Assembly: GCA_965261595.1 (NCBI GenBank)
Contig: CBDHDG010000006.1
Span: forward strand, 288,001-352,000
Reading direction: 5' to 3'
Source of the DNA: a bacterium
GTDB lineage: Bacteria > UBA8248 > JACPRG01 > G963555815
DNA length: 64,000 bases
Every line of letters starts with the position of its first letter. Positions within the stretch are counted from its first letter, which is position 1. Of the stretch, positions 20,490 through 30,556 are shown in pieces. Under the pieces are notes generated by a model that saw only the letters and a list, made by a program, of their open reading frames with translations, was not told where the DNA came from and did not search any database. The translations under genes and the position numbers were made by a program.

Positions 20490-21394
20490 GTCAGGCCCGC
20501 TTCACCTCCACGGGCAGAGCCTACGGCCTGAAGCGGGTGTGCGCCCTTTGGGGCTTGGCGCGCTCCACGGTCTACGCGCAACGGCGGCGAGAGGCGGTCC
20601 CCGTTCATGAACGCCCCACGCCCAATAAGCGCGGCCCTGTGGGCCCGTGCACCGATGCGGAACTCCTCGGCCACATCCGGCAGGTCCTGGAGGACTCTCC
20701 CTTCCATGGCGAGGGCTACCGCAAGGTGTGGGCGAGGCTGCGCTTCGCGGGCATCCGCACCAGCAAGGAGCGGGTGCGTCGCCTGATGCGGGAGGCGGGG
20801 CTTCAGGCCCCTCACCGGGTGGGCAAACCCCGAGGTCCCAAGGCCCACAACGGGACCATCCGCACCGAGCGGCCCGACCGAATGTGGGGCACGCACATGA
20901 CGACGACGGTGACCACCGAGGAGGGGATGGCCTCGGTGTTCGTGGCGGTGGATCACTGCTCGGTGGACTGCGTGGGGATCCATGCGGCCAAGAGCGGCAA
21001 CCGCTTCGAGGCCCTGGAGCCGATCCGGCAGGGGGTCGCCGAGCGCTTCGCCGGCTTGGAGGCGGACGTCGCCGAGGGGCTTAAAGTTCGTCACGACCAC
21101 GGCCCCGCCTATCTGTCCGATGACTTTCAGCGGGAGATCGCCTACCTGGGCATGACCAGTTCGCCCAGCTTCGTGCGGGCGCCCGAGGGAAATGGCTACT
21201 GTGAGTGGTTCATCCGCATCTTGAAGGAGAATCTCCTGTGGGTGCGCTCTTTCGCCACCGTAGAGGAACTGCGGTGGGCGCTGCTTGAGTTCAAGAACCT
21301 GTACAACCATCATTGGATTCTCGAGGGCTACGGCTACCGAACGCCGGCCCAGGCAAGGCAGGAAAAACTCGCTCAAGTTGCGGAGGCCGCATGA
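20486..21394 (+). CDS. IS3 OrfB integrase core; first DDE Asp replaced by His
   Basis: GYRKVWARL, WGTHMT (copy 2 has WGTDMT), HDHG, GNGYCEWF. Confidence 0.88.
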   Translation: MSQARFTSTGRAYGLKRVCALWGLARSTVYAQRRREAVPVHERPTPNKRGPVGPCTDAELLGHIRQVLEDSPFHGEGYRKVWARLRFAGIRTSKERVRRLMREAGLQAPHRVGKPRGPKAHNGTIRTERPDRMWGTHMTTTVTTEEGMASVFVAVDHCSVDCVGIHAAKSGNRFEALEPIRQGVAERFAGLEADVAEGLKVRHDHGPAYLSDDFQREIAYLGMTSSPSFVRAPEGNGYCEWFIRILKENLLWVRSFATVEELRWALLEFKNLYNHHWILEGYGYRTPAQARQEKLAQVAEAA

Positions 21395-21516
21395 GGTCGA
21401 ATACCCTCACCCGAGTGTCCAATAACCCAGGGGCGGTCCATTCCAGTCCCATGTTTATCCATCTCGGTCGACGGCAAGTCTCACGTGCAACCGAGAAAAG
21501 CATCGACCAAATTTCC

Positions 21517-21550
21517 GACCCATCCTCGCTCCGACCGGAGCCCGGGGGTC
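21517..21550 (-). promoter_or_regulatory. Putative SECIS hairpin overlapping the stop codon and 3' UTR of the radical SAM gene
   Basis: Minus strand GACCC-CCGG-GCTCC-GGTC-GGAGC-GAGGAT-GGGTC; GGUC loop 18 nt after the UGA. Confidence 0.7.
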
Positions 21551-22350
21551 AAGCTCACTGGTAGGCCAGGCTCTCTATCCCCTCCCGCTCCCTTCGGTCC
21601 ATCTCGGACCGGATCAAACCCACCGCCCGGGAGAAGGGAAAGATTTCGCCCGTCACCTGAAAATCCGGGTCCGTGGAGAGGGGGTGCCAGTAAACGCCGT
21701 CCCGGTCCACGCACACCTCCGGGAGGACTCGATCGGCGTAGAGGTCTTTGCCCCGCTTGGAGAAACCTCTTCGGATTAGTGGGCGGACAAAAACATCGTC
21801 CTTGTCGATACCCTTTGTGGAGAAAAATTCAACCAGCGCCGCCTCCCCCCCCCCCCCCCCCGCCGTCGGACTCGGCGGTTGCCGTTCCGCCGATGCGGGC
21901 TTTGAATCCCTGGTTCAGCAGGGCGTCCACCCCGCGCATCGTTTGAAGCCAGCTTCCCGAGCCCCGGTATAAGTCGTTGCGGTCCGGGCGGGCGCTGTCC
22001 ACGCTGACCTGTAAGGTCAAACTCCCCCCCTCCCCCGCCGGCAGGGCCTTCAGGCGCTCCATCCGGTGGGGGGTGAACAGGGTCGCGTTGGTCAGAACAG
22101 TCGTAGCAATCCGCCGGACGGCGTAGTCGAGGAGGTCGAAGATGCGGGGATGGATGAACGGCTCGCCGCCCGTCAGATAGAGCTCATCGAATCCGAGGGG
22201 GAGGGCCTCGTCCAGAAGCCTCTCGAACACATCGAGGCCGATGGCTCTCGGCTCGGCCTTGGGATGGGACTTGACGACACAATACGAGCACGAGAGGTTG
22301 CACTCGTAATTGGTGTAGACCCAAAGCCGGTTGGATAACTCGAACGCCAT
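21549..22350 (-). CDS. Rv1681-like radical SAM protein, probable C-terminal selenocysteine; frameshift in C17 run 21845-21861
   Basis: LWVYTNYECNLSCSYC, TGGEPF; the shifted frame continues EAALVEFF...RPLIRRGFS...PEVCVDRDGVYWHP...IFPF...ESLAYQ-TGA-GCT-TGA. Confidence 0.82.
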
Positions 22351-22927
22351 CTCCCCCGCTCCCACGCCCCGACCGGCGTCATTCAACCCAGCGCACCGAA
22401 AGCTCCCGGCCGCCCGGCGCCGTTTCGCGAAAGATGAAAATCAATCCCTGGAATCCATCTTGCCCGGCGGGCGGGCGTCGAGTCAATCTTCATTCAGCGC
22501 GTCCGTTCCGAAACGTGTCCCCGCCCCACGGCGGCAGAAAGGCTCGGATCGAGCGAGTCGGCGGCTTCCCGCTGTGCGGCAACACGCCGCACACGCTCGC
22601 GCACACCAGACTCATTCAGCCAACGGAATATCAGATGATTTTATTCCGGAAAAGGATCATTTCCGCTCCGCGTCTGGAAAATGGGGCGATCGCATTGAAT
22701 GTAAAATAACGTTTTCGTATTTGTGAATTCGGTCTTAATTATTTGCATTATAATAAATAAAGCGAATCCCGCCCTTTCCCTTGGTCAATTCTCCATTGGA
22801 CAGTCGGGTCCGTTTCAGCCGTAATGCGTGCGGCCGCGTTGCCGTCTACGGAATGATTTTTGCATTGGTCATTGAAAAGGATAATCACATTAAATCCCGC
22901 ATGTAATGATCTTCATTTGGGGGTGTA

Positions 22928-25900
22928 ATGTCGGTGGGTCTGGCCCGGACGAAGAATCGCCCGTCCGATAATCTCGAGCGACTTCTCGCCGAAAATCTTC
23001 GCGCCTCGGGCGCAGATCGAGGCGTCATTCTGCTACACGATCCCGCATGCCCTCCATTCCGGCTGGGCGCCGCCATCGGCCTCTCCGAGACGTACCTTGA
23101 TGCTGTCGCCGAAAATTGGGAGAAGATCCCCGGTTCACGTGTGATGCGGGACCAGGAACTCCTGTTCATCCTTGATGCCCGCTCGGACTCGCGCACCAAG
23201 CCGATCAAAGCCGAAATTGAGATCGAGGGTTTCCGATCCACGGTCCTCGCCCCCCTGAAGGTCGGGTCTCCCTCTCTTGGAAATCTGGCTCTCTACTTCG
23301 ATCAGGTCCGAGACCTTTCGGTCGAAGAAAAAACCTCGATTCAGAGATTTGCCGAACTATCGGGCATCGCCATCGAGAACGCCTGTGCTTATGAGGAAGT
23401 CCAGGCCCGCTCGGCGGGGCAGGACGCGTTGCGCGACCTCACCCGGGACATCACGGAAACCCCAGACATCTCCATGCTCTTTCGCAGGATCTGTAAGTCC
23501 GTTCACGGCCTCCTGCGGGTTGATCTGACCCGTTTCTTCCTCATGGACGAGCCGGCGGACGTATTCAGGGTGGTCGGTTCATTCGGGGTGGAGACCGGGA
23601 AGAACACCCACCGGACGTTGCCGCTTGGGAAGGGGATTGTCCAACGGGTCATTTCCTCGAATCGACCTATCGCCGTGCGGGAGATCCTGGAGGACCCCGA
23701 CTGGGTGAACCACGATTGGGCCGAAATGGGGGAGCTTCGCAGCCTTTTGAGCATTCCGTTGAATCTGAAAGGTCGCGTGATCGGGACCCTGGAATGTTTC
23801 ACGAAAAGCCCGCGGGATTTCCGGGAGAACGAGATCCGGCTCGTTCAGGACTTCGCTGATCAGGCCGTCGTGGCCCTGGAGAACGCCCGGCTGGTTTCCG
23901 CCGCCCGGAGCCACGCCACGAACCTGAAAATCCTCGACGAGATCGCCCGGGCGATCAATTCGACCCTGGACCTGAGCGAGCTTTTCCGGATCACCGTGGA
24001 ACAGGTCAAGCGGGCGGTCCCGTGTGAGCGGTGCAGTCTTTACAAGGTCGATCCGGGCAAGTCGGCCATCGAGAGACTCCATGCGGCGGACGACATTCCG
24101 GGGCGGACTGAGCGCCTGGTCCCGGCGTCCCTGAAAGGAACCTACTTCGAGCGGCTCCTGGAAACGCGCGCGCCCGCCTACCAGCCCGATATCCGCAAGG
24201 ACCCTCATCCAACGCGGCAGTTATTGGCAGCGGAGGGTATCCGGGCCATCATCAACGTCCCCATCTGGATCGATGACAAATGCGCGGGGTTCCTGAACGT
24301 CATGTCCTCGGAGGTCGATGCGTATACGAAGGACCACATTGAGCTGTTGCGTTCGTTGGCCAATCACCTGGGTCTGGCCATGAAAAACGCCGAGCTTTAC
24401 GCCCAGGCGAAGGAGACCGGGGAGCGGCTCGATAACTTCGTCCGCAGCGCTTTAGATGGAATCATCTCGGTGGACCTGGGGGGGAGGATCGCCCGTTGGA
24501 ACCCCGCGGCGGAAGAAATTTACGGCTACACCGAAGAAGAAGTCCTGGGGCGAAACATGTCGGAAATTTTCTCGCGGGATGAGGAGACCAGAAAACTCTT
24601 TGAAAGGATCAAGTCCTGGGAATCCTTGCCCCCGTGGGAGAAGGTCGAGCGAAAGAAGGACGGAACCCTGATCGATGTTTCTGTCACGCTTTCACCCATA
24701 AAGGACAGTCGGGGAAGGGTTGTTGGGTTCAGTGGAATCAACCACGACATCGGGGCCAAGAAACGGGCGGAGGAGGCCCTGCGGAGGTCCGAGGAGAGAT
24801 ACCGAACGCTGTTCGAGGAAGCCCGAGACGCCATCTATATCGTGGGTGAAGAGGGGCGGATCATCGACTGCAACCAGCGCCTCTGCGACCTCCTCGGCTA
24901 CACGCAGGAGGAGATGCTCCAGAAGAGGGTTCAGGACTTCACATCGCCCGAGTACAGAGATTCCGTAGCCGAACGCATCGTCAAGATTATTGAGGAGGGC
25001 ATGGCCCCCTTTGAATCCGCCGCCCAAGGAAGGATGGCTCTCTGGTCGATATCGAGGTCAGCGCCGCATCCATCGAGATTGAAGGCCGAAATCAGGTCAT
25101 CTATTTCGAACGCGACATCACCGAGCGCAAGCGGGCCGAGGAGGCGCTGCGCCTCACGCAGTTCTCCGTCGAGCGGGCGGCCGACGCCACCTTCTGGAAC
25201 GCGCCGGACAGCCGGATCCTCTATGTGAATGACGCGGCCTGTGACTTTCTCGGTTACTCCAGGGAAGAGCTGCTTTCCAAGACTGTTTCAGACCTCTGTC
25301 CGGATTTCCCGCCGGAGAAATGGGCGGCGCACTGGGAGGAACTAAAAGCGGCCGGCGCCCTGACCTTCGAGTCACACGACCTCACCAAAGACGGCCGGCT
25401 CATCCCGGTCGAAATATCCTCCAACTATCTGGAGTTCGGCGGGAAGGAGTACAGCTTTACCTTCGTCCGCGACATCACCGAGCGCAAGCGGGCCGAGGAG
25501 GAGACCCACGCGGCCAACGCCCGCTTCCAGGGCATCCTCGATACGGCCAGCGACGCCATCCTCTCCATGGGCGGCGATCAGCGCATCGTCCTGTTCAACC
25601 AGCAGGCGGAGGCCATGTTCGGCTACCCGGCGCACGAGGTCATCGGCCGACCGCTCAAAATCCTGCTGCCCCCCCGGTTCCGGAAGGGCCACAAAGGCCA
25701 CGTGGAGGGATTCGCGGCCGGGAGCGTCTCCCGCAGGCCCATGAGCGAGCGCACCGAGCTTTACGGGCTCCGCAAGGACGGCAAAGAGTTTCCGGTGGAG
25801 ATCACCATCTCCAAACTCGAGCTGGAGGGGCAACCGGTCTTCACGGCGGTCGTCCGCGAAATCACCGAGCGGAAGCGCCTGGAGGATCAGCTCCGCCAGA

Positions 25901-26985
25901 GCCAGAAGCTCGAGGCCCTGGGCCAGCTCGCTTCCGGCGTGGCCCACAACTTCAACAACTCCCTGGCTGTCATCCTCGGGCGCACCGAGCTCTCGGAACT
26001 TCTTACCGAGAACCCCAAGGTTCGCCGGAATCTTGAAATCATCGAGAAAGCGGCCCATGACGGGACCAACACGGTCAGACGTCTTCAGGACTTCGCGCGC
26101 AAGCGCGAGGGCCGCCCGAGGGAGACCGTTCGGCTGAACGACATCGTCTCCGACGTCATCGAGATGCTCCGGCCCCGCTGGAAGGACGAGGCCGAGTTGG
26201 TGAGCGTCCGCTTCGAGGTCGGGTTCAACGCCCGGGCCGAAAAGGACGCCGTCCGGGGCGAAGGCTCCGCGCTTCGGGAGGCCCTGATCAACCTGGTCCA
26301 CAACGCCCTGGACGCGATGCCCGAAGGGGGAAGGCTCGCCGTCGCCACCGAAAACGCGGCGGACGATGTGATCGTCTCGGTGACGGACTCCGGGATCGGG
26401 ATGGACGCCGAGACGCGCGAGCGTGCCCTGGAGCCGTTTTTCACAACCAAGGGCGAGCGCGGCACCGGCCTGGGTCTCAGCATGGTTTATGGAATCGTCC
26501 AACGGCATGGGGGCCAGATAGAGATCGAGAGCGCGCCGGGAAAGGGGACAACCGTGCGGCTGACCCTGCCGACAGCCGATGAACCGGCGCGGAACCTCTC
26601 TCAACCGAAATTGACCCCCTCCGCTTCCCGGCGGATCCTCATCATCGAGGACGAGAAAGAAGTCGCGGAGATCATCGCCGATATGCTGAACGAAGGCGGC
26701 CACACGGCCGAATTCGCCACGGACCCCCGCGATGGGCTCGACAGGTTCAAAAAGGCGAACTTCGACATCGTCATGACGGACCTGAGCATGCCCGAGATGC
26801 CGGGTTGGCTGGTCGTCGAGGAAATCAGACGGATGAACCCGAGCGTGCCCGTTATCATGCTCACAGGCTGGGGCGCGCAGCTGGACCCGGAGCAGTTGAA
26901 GGCGAGCCACGTCGATTGCGTCCTCTCGAAACCGATCAACCGGGCGGACATCCTGAATTCGGTTGATAAGACTTTCGCTGATTGA
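22928..26985 (+). CDS. Hybrid sensor kinase: 3 GAF + 4 PAS + HisKA + HATPase + receiver; one frameshift near 25025
   Basis: ORF 22928..25228 joins the frame of 25225..26985 via RKDGSLVDIEVS; GVAHNFNN H-box, PFFTTK, GTGLGL, DLSMPEM. Confidence 0.9.
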
Positions 26986-27101
26986 AAAATTGAAACGCCC
27001 CTGGTTCCCGGGGGCGCTTCGCCGGGCTGGATAACGACCCCTTCCATGGGTAGAATCTTTCATTCCCGTTTTTCGTGTCGTGTCTCGTAAATGGTTTTAC
27101 A

Positions 27102-27283
27102 TATCGAGACCCGAATTGTCCCTTTCGGACCGGCCAAGGGGTCAACCGACCCAAACACCCGGCTTACCCGTTGGAGTATTCCTGCCGGGCAAGATGCCCG
27201 GCCTACAGAACGGGGAACAGCGGGGCGGGCATCTTGCCCGCCTTCTCTTCAATTTGTGAAGTGTCAAATTATTTTGAAGACAC
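27102..27283. repeat. Dispersed GTAG-type REP-containing element, copy A
   Basis: Similar along its length to the reverse complement of 37649..37791; contains GCCGGGCAAGATGCCCGGCCTAC. Confidence 0.82.
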
Positions 27284-27332
27284 GACACGGGCTGACACAC
27301 CCGGTCCCCACGGAACACCCGGAGATTCGTCC

Positions 27333-28343
27333 ATGCGGTTCAGCGTCGCCATCCCCAGTTGCATGGAGGGCCTCATCTATCCGTATCCGTTCGCCAATCC
27401 CCGACAGATCATCCGGATCGCGGCGGAGGCCGAGGCCATGGGGTACGAGGCCGTCTGGCCCAACGACCACATCACGACACAGAATTACGTGGCCCGGATG
27501 TGGCCCAAGCCCCCCCGCTTCTACGAACCGTTCGTCCTGCTCTCGTTCATCGCGGCGGCGACGAAGACGATCAAGCTGGCCACGGGCGTCGCCGTCCTGC
27601 CCGTCCGCGAGCCCATCATCCTGGCGAAGACCGCCGCGACGCTGGACGTCTGCTCCGGCGGGCGGGTGATCCTCGGCGTGGGCCTGGGGGCCTACCGGGA
27701 AGAGTACCGGGCCGTCAACCCGGGGGGGCCGCCCCACCGCGGCAAACTGATGGACGAGCGGATCGCCGCCATTCGGGCGCTCCTCCATGATCGCAAGGCG
27801 ACCTTTCAGGGCGAATACGTCCGCTTCCGAAACGTCGAGATGTATCCCAAACCCGTTCAGAAGAAGATGCCCATCTACATCGGCGGCAACTCGTGGGACG
27901 GAGTGGAAAGGGCCGGCCGGTACGCCGACGGCTGGTTCCCCGCCATCCTGACCCCGGAAGAAATCGCCGATCGCGTCAAGCGGATGAAGGTTGTGGCGAA
28001 GGAGGCGAACCGGAGCATTCGGCGCATCGACATCGCCCCCCAGCTGGGCGTCACCCTCGCCCGGACCGAATCCCAGGCGCGGCGGACGTTTCAGGACTCC
28101 CAACTCCGCCACCACCTGCAATCCCTGCGGAAGTCCACGCTGAAAGACCAGACCCTGTCCGACTTCGGGGCGAACAACCTCATCGGGACGCCGGCTCAGG
28201 TGATCGACCGGATCGGGGAATACCAAGACGCCGGCGCGACCCACCTGGCGGGGATCATGTTCGGCGTGAATTCCGTCCGGGCGTTTCTGAGCCAGATGGA
28301 GAGATTCGCCGCCCACGTCATGCCGGCCTTCAGGCGCCGCTGA
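27333..28343 (+). CDS. LLM-class (luciferase-like, possibly F420-dependent) oxidoreductase
   Basis: AVWPNDH, LAKTAATLDVCSGGRVILGVGLG, PKPVQ, IYIGGNS. Confidence 0.9.
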   Translation: MRFSVAIPSCMEGLIYPYPFANPRQIIRIAAEAEAMGYEAVWPNDHITTQNYVARMWPKPPRFYEPFVLLSFIAAATKTIKLATGVAVLPVREPIILAKTAATLDVCSGGRVILGVGLGAYREEYRAVNPGGPPHRGKLMDERIAAIRALLHDRKATFQGEYVRFRNVEMYPKPVQKKMPIYIGGNSWDGVERAGRYADGWFPAILTPEEIADRVKRMKVVAKEANRSIRRIDIAPQLGVTLARTESQARRTFQDSQLRHHLQSLRKSTLKDQTLSDFGANNLIGTPAQVIDRIGEYQDAGATHLAGIMFGVNSVRAFLSQMERFAAHVMPAFRRR

Positions 28344-28505
28344 GGGACTTCCCGAACGCTGCCTGAGAGGATATCGGCCGGATTTTTCCGGAGCGGTGAA
28401 TCCTGTTATCATGGGTGAAAGGGTAAATTTCTCGGGCGCATCGTACGGGCGGACGGATGGCCCGTGAGCCGGAAACCTCGAAACCGATACAAGGGGGGAA
28501 GAGTG

Positions 28506-28835
28506 ATGAAACGCACGATCATCGCCGGAACGACCGCCGTTGTCCTTGCATTCGGTCTGACATCGGCCGCGCTCGCGTTCGAGTGTCCCGCCCGCCACAA
28601 GGACGCGAAGGCGGCCATCGCCAAGGCCACGGCGGCCATGAAACAGATGTCGCCGGGGGCGAACATGCAGCTCGTCCACACCTTCATCGACGACGCGAAG
28701 ATGATGCTCCAGAGCGGCATCCACAACCACGAGAAGCCCCAGGGGGCCTACGACCACGGGCGGTCCGTCGCGAAGGCCAAGGCCGCCGAGGGCTACGCGT
28801 ACGCCGCGGGGGTCATGGCCCGCGCCTTGAAGTAA
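28506..28835 (+). CDS. Small secreted helical protein
   Basis: Signal peptide ending ALA-FECP; Ala/His-rich helices. Confidence 0.75.
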   Translation: MKRTIIAGTTAVVLAFGLTSAALAFECPARHKDAKAAIAKATAAMKQMSPGANMQLVHTFIDDAKMMLQSGIHNHEKPQGAYDHGRSVAKAKAAEGYAYAAGVMARALK

Positions 28836-29028
28836 GCGGACCGGCCGCACCCCGATCGCCCGATCCCGGGAGATCGGGTTTTGGACATCCGTCGCCTGAA
28901 TCCGGCCGGGGGGCCGGCGCTCATGGCCCCCCGCCGGACGCATCCGGATCCAAGACCCGTCCCGCTATCCGGCGAACGCCCGATTCGAACGCCCGCGCAA
29001 CCTGGCGATTCAAGAACCGGCTTGGCGG

Positions 29029-29463
29029 GTGGAAGACCGGAAGCCCTTGAAGATTCGCAACAAGCACAAAAAGATTTCCCTCTCCATCATCTCGATCATC
29101 GGCCTCGGGGTCGCCATCATCTGGCCGCTTGTGAAACCGTCGCCGAAGCGGGAGCGCAAAGCGGTGATCCTCGCCGACCTTTCTCCCGACGCCCAGGCCG
29201 GCCGGGCCGCGTTCATGAAAAACTGCGCCGCGTGTCACGGCCGGGACGCCGCTGGAACGGACGCGGGGCCCCCGCTGATTCACCGGACCTACCATCCGCG
29301 ACACCACGCCGATTTCGCCTTCCACCGGGCCGTCCGGATCGGCGTCCGGCAACACCATTGGCGGTTCGGGGACATGCCTGCCCTCCCCCACGTGAGCCGG
29401 GAGCGAACCGCTTCCATCATCCGGTTCATCCGGGAGGTCCAGAAGGCCAACGGCGTCTTTTGA
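29029..29463 (+). CDS. Monoheme cytochrome c, membrane-anchored
   Basis: TM helix, CAACHG, HHWRFGDMP. Confidence 0.9.
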   Translation: MEDRKPLKIRNKHKKISLSIISIIGLGVAIIWPLVKPSPKRERKAVILADLSPDAQAGRAAFMKNCAACHGRDAAGTDAGPPLIHRTYHPRHHADFAFHRAVRIGVRQHHWRFGDMPALPHVSRERTASIIRFIREVQKANGVF

Positions 29464-29473
29464 GCGACCCCCC

Positions 29474-29612
29474 TCAGACCCCTTCGGACGGAAATCATCC
29501 CTTTGGGCATGCGGTCGAAGCCGTCCTCGGTGACGAGGATGGTGTCTTCCACCCGGAACCCGCCGAAGCCGATTTCGTAGTGCGGCGGCTCGACGCCGAT
29601 CCCGGCGCCCGG
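29474..29612 (-). pseudogene. C-terminal remnant of an M24 (Xaa-Pro) peptidase
   Basis: GIGVEPPHYEIGFGGFRVEDTILVTEDG, with no upstream part of the gene. Confidence 0.65.
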
Positions 29613-29662
29613 CGTGGCGGCGCTCGCAACCGGGGAGGGGGAGGCCACTCTCAGTAAGGCGG

Positions 29663-30418
29663 CTAGGGAAAATGGCGGTGATGGCTCGGGGAGGGATAGA
29701 CCGGTTCATTCAGGATGATCTCGAGGCGCAGCTTGAGGGACCGGATCTCCTCCGGGTCCAGGAGCTCCCGCAAGGACTTCTCGACGGGGTCTCCCCGCTC
29801 GAGCTTGTCCTGGAACGCCTTGACGTCCCGGAGCATCTCCGGGGGAACAGGTTCATTCTGGAAGTCCCAGATCACGGTCCGCAGCTTGGGGTAAGCGTGA
29901 AAGGTGAGGCCGTGGTCGATCCCCCATACACGCCCGTCCACGCCGAGGAAACAGTGCCCCGCCTTCCGGTCGGCGTTGTTGGCGATCATGTCGAACAACG
30001 CGAAGCGCCTCAGGACGTCGTGGTGTTCCTCCTGGAGGGTGGAATATTCCGTCCCTTCCCGCGGCGCGACGTAGAGTTGGAGCGATCCCACGCCGTGCGG
30101 GCCGGACCGGATGACCGTCGGCGGGACCAGACCCCAGCCAAGCGCCTCGCTCGTCTGGAAAGCGGCGACCTCCCGCTTGTAGAGCCCGCTCGGAAAATCC
30201 CACAGGGGCCGTTCGCCTTTGTGGGGCTTGTAGATGCCCAGGAAAGAGGAACCGTCCCGGTTCCGGAGCGGGGCCGCGAAGGTGTAATTCGACCCCCAGG
30301 GCACCAGCTCGCACTCCCCCAGGTCGGCTTCCCGCAGCAGCCGGCAAACCTCCTCGACACTCACGACGCACGGATCCGAGGGGGGGGGAGGCTCGCCGCC
30401 TGGGGCGCGCTCAGACAT
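29663..30418 (-). CDS. SCO1664-family protein (PI3/PI4-kinase-like fold)
   Basis: GSNYTF, YKPHKGERPLWDFP, REVAA, NNADRKAGH, GIDHGLTF, KLRTVIWDF. Confidence 0.9.
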   Translation of the reverse strand: MSERAPGGEPPPPSDPCVVSVEEVCRLLREADLGECELVPWGSNYTFAAPLRNRDGSSFLGIYKPHKGERPLWDFPSGLYKREVAAFQTSEALGWGLVPPTVIRSGPHGVGSLQLYVAPREGTEYSTLQEEHHDVLRRFALFDMIANNADRKAGHCFLGVDGRVWGIDHGLTFHAYPKLRTVIWDFQNEPVPPEMLRDVKAFQDKLERGDPVEKSLRELLDPEEIRSLKLRLEIILNEPVYPSPSHHRHFP

Positions 30419-30556
30419 TCCGTTTCCTATCCTCTCGCTTCCCGCCGGGGCTGAAGGCGGGCGGGCCGGCGCCCTCCTTCTCTTCGGGTCGGGCCTGCCG
30501 GGCGTAGAAGGGGCGAATCGGGCCTCAAAACGCGGGGCCATCGACATGATGCGATG

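Larger units (their letters stand above)
20037..21440 (+). mobile_element. IS3-family insertion sequence, copy 1 (1404 bp)
   Basis: Imperfect TIRs, right end ...GGTCCA; 4-bp TSD TTCC (20033-36 and 21441-44); near-identical to 51104..52507. Confidence 0.93.
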
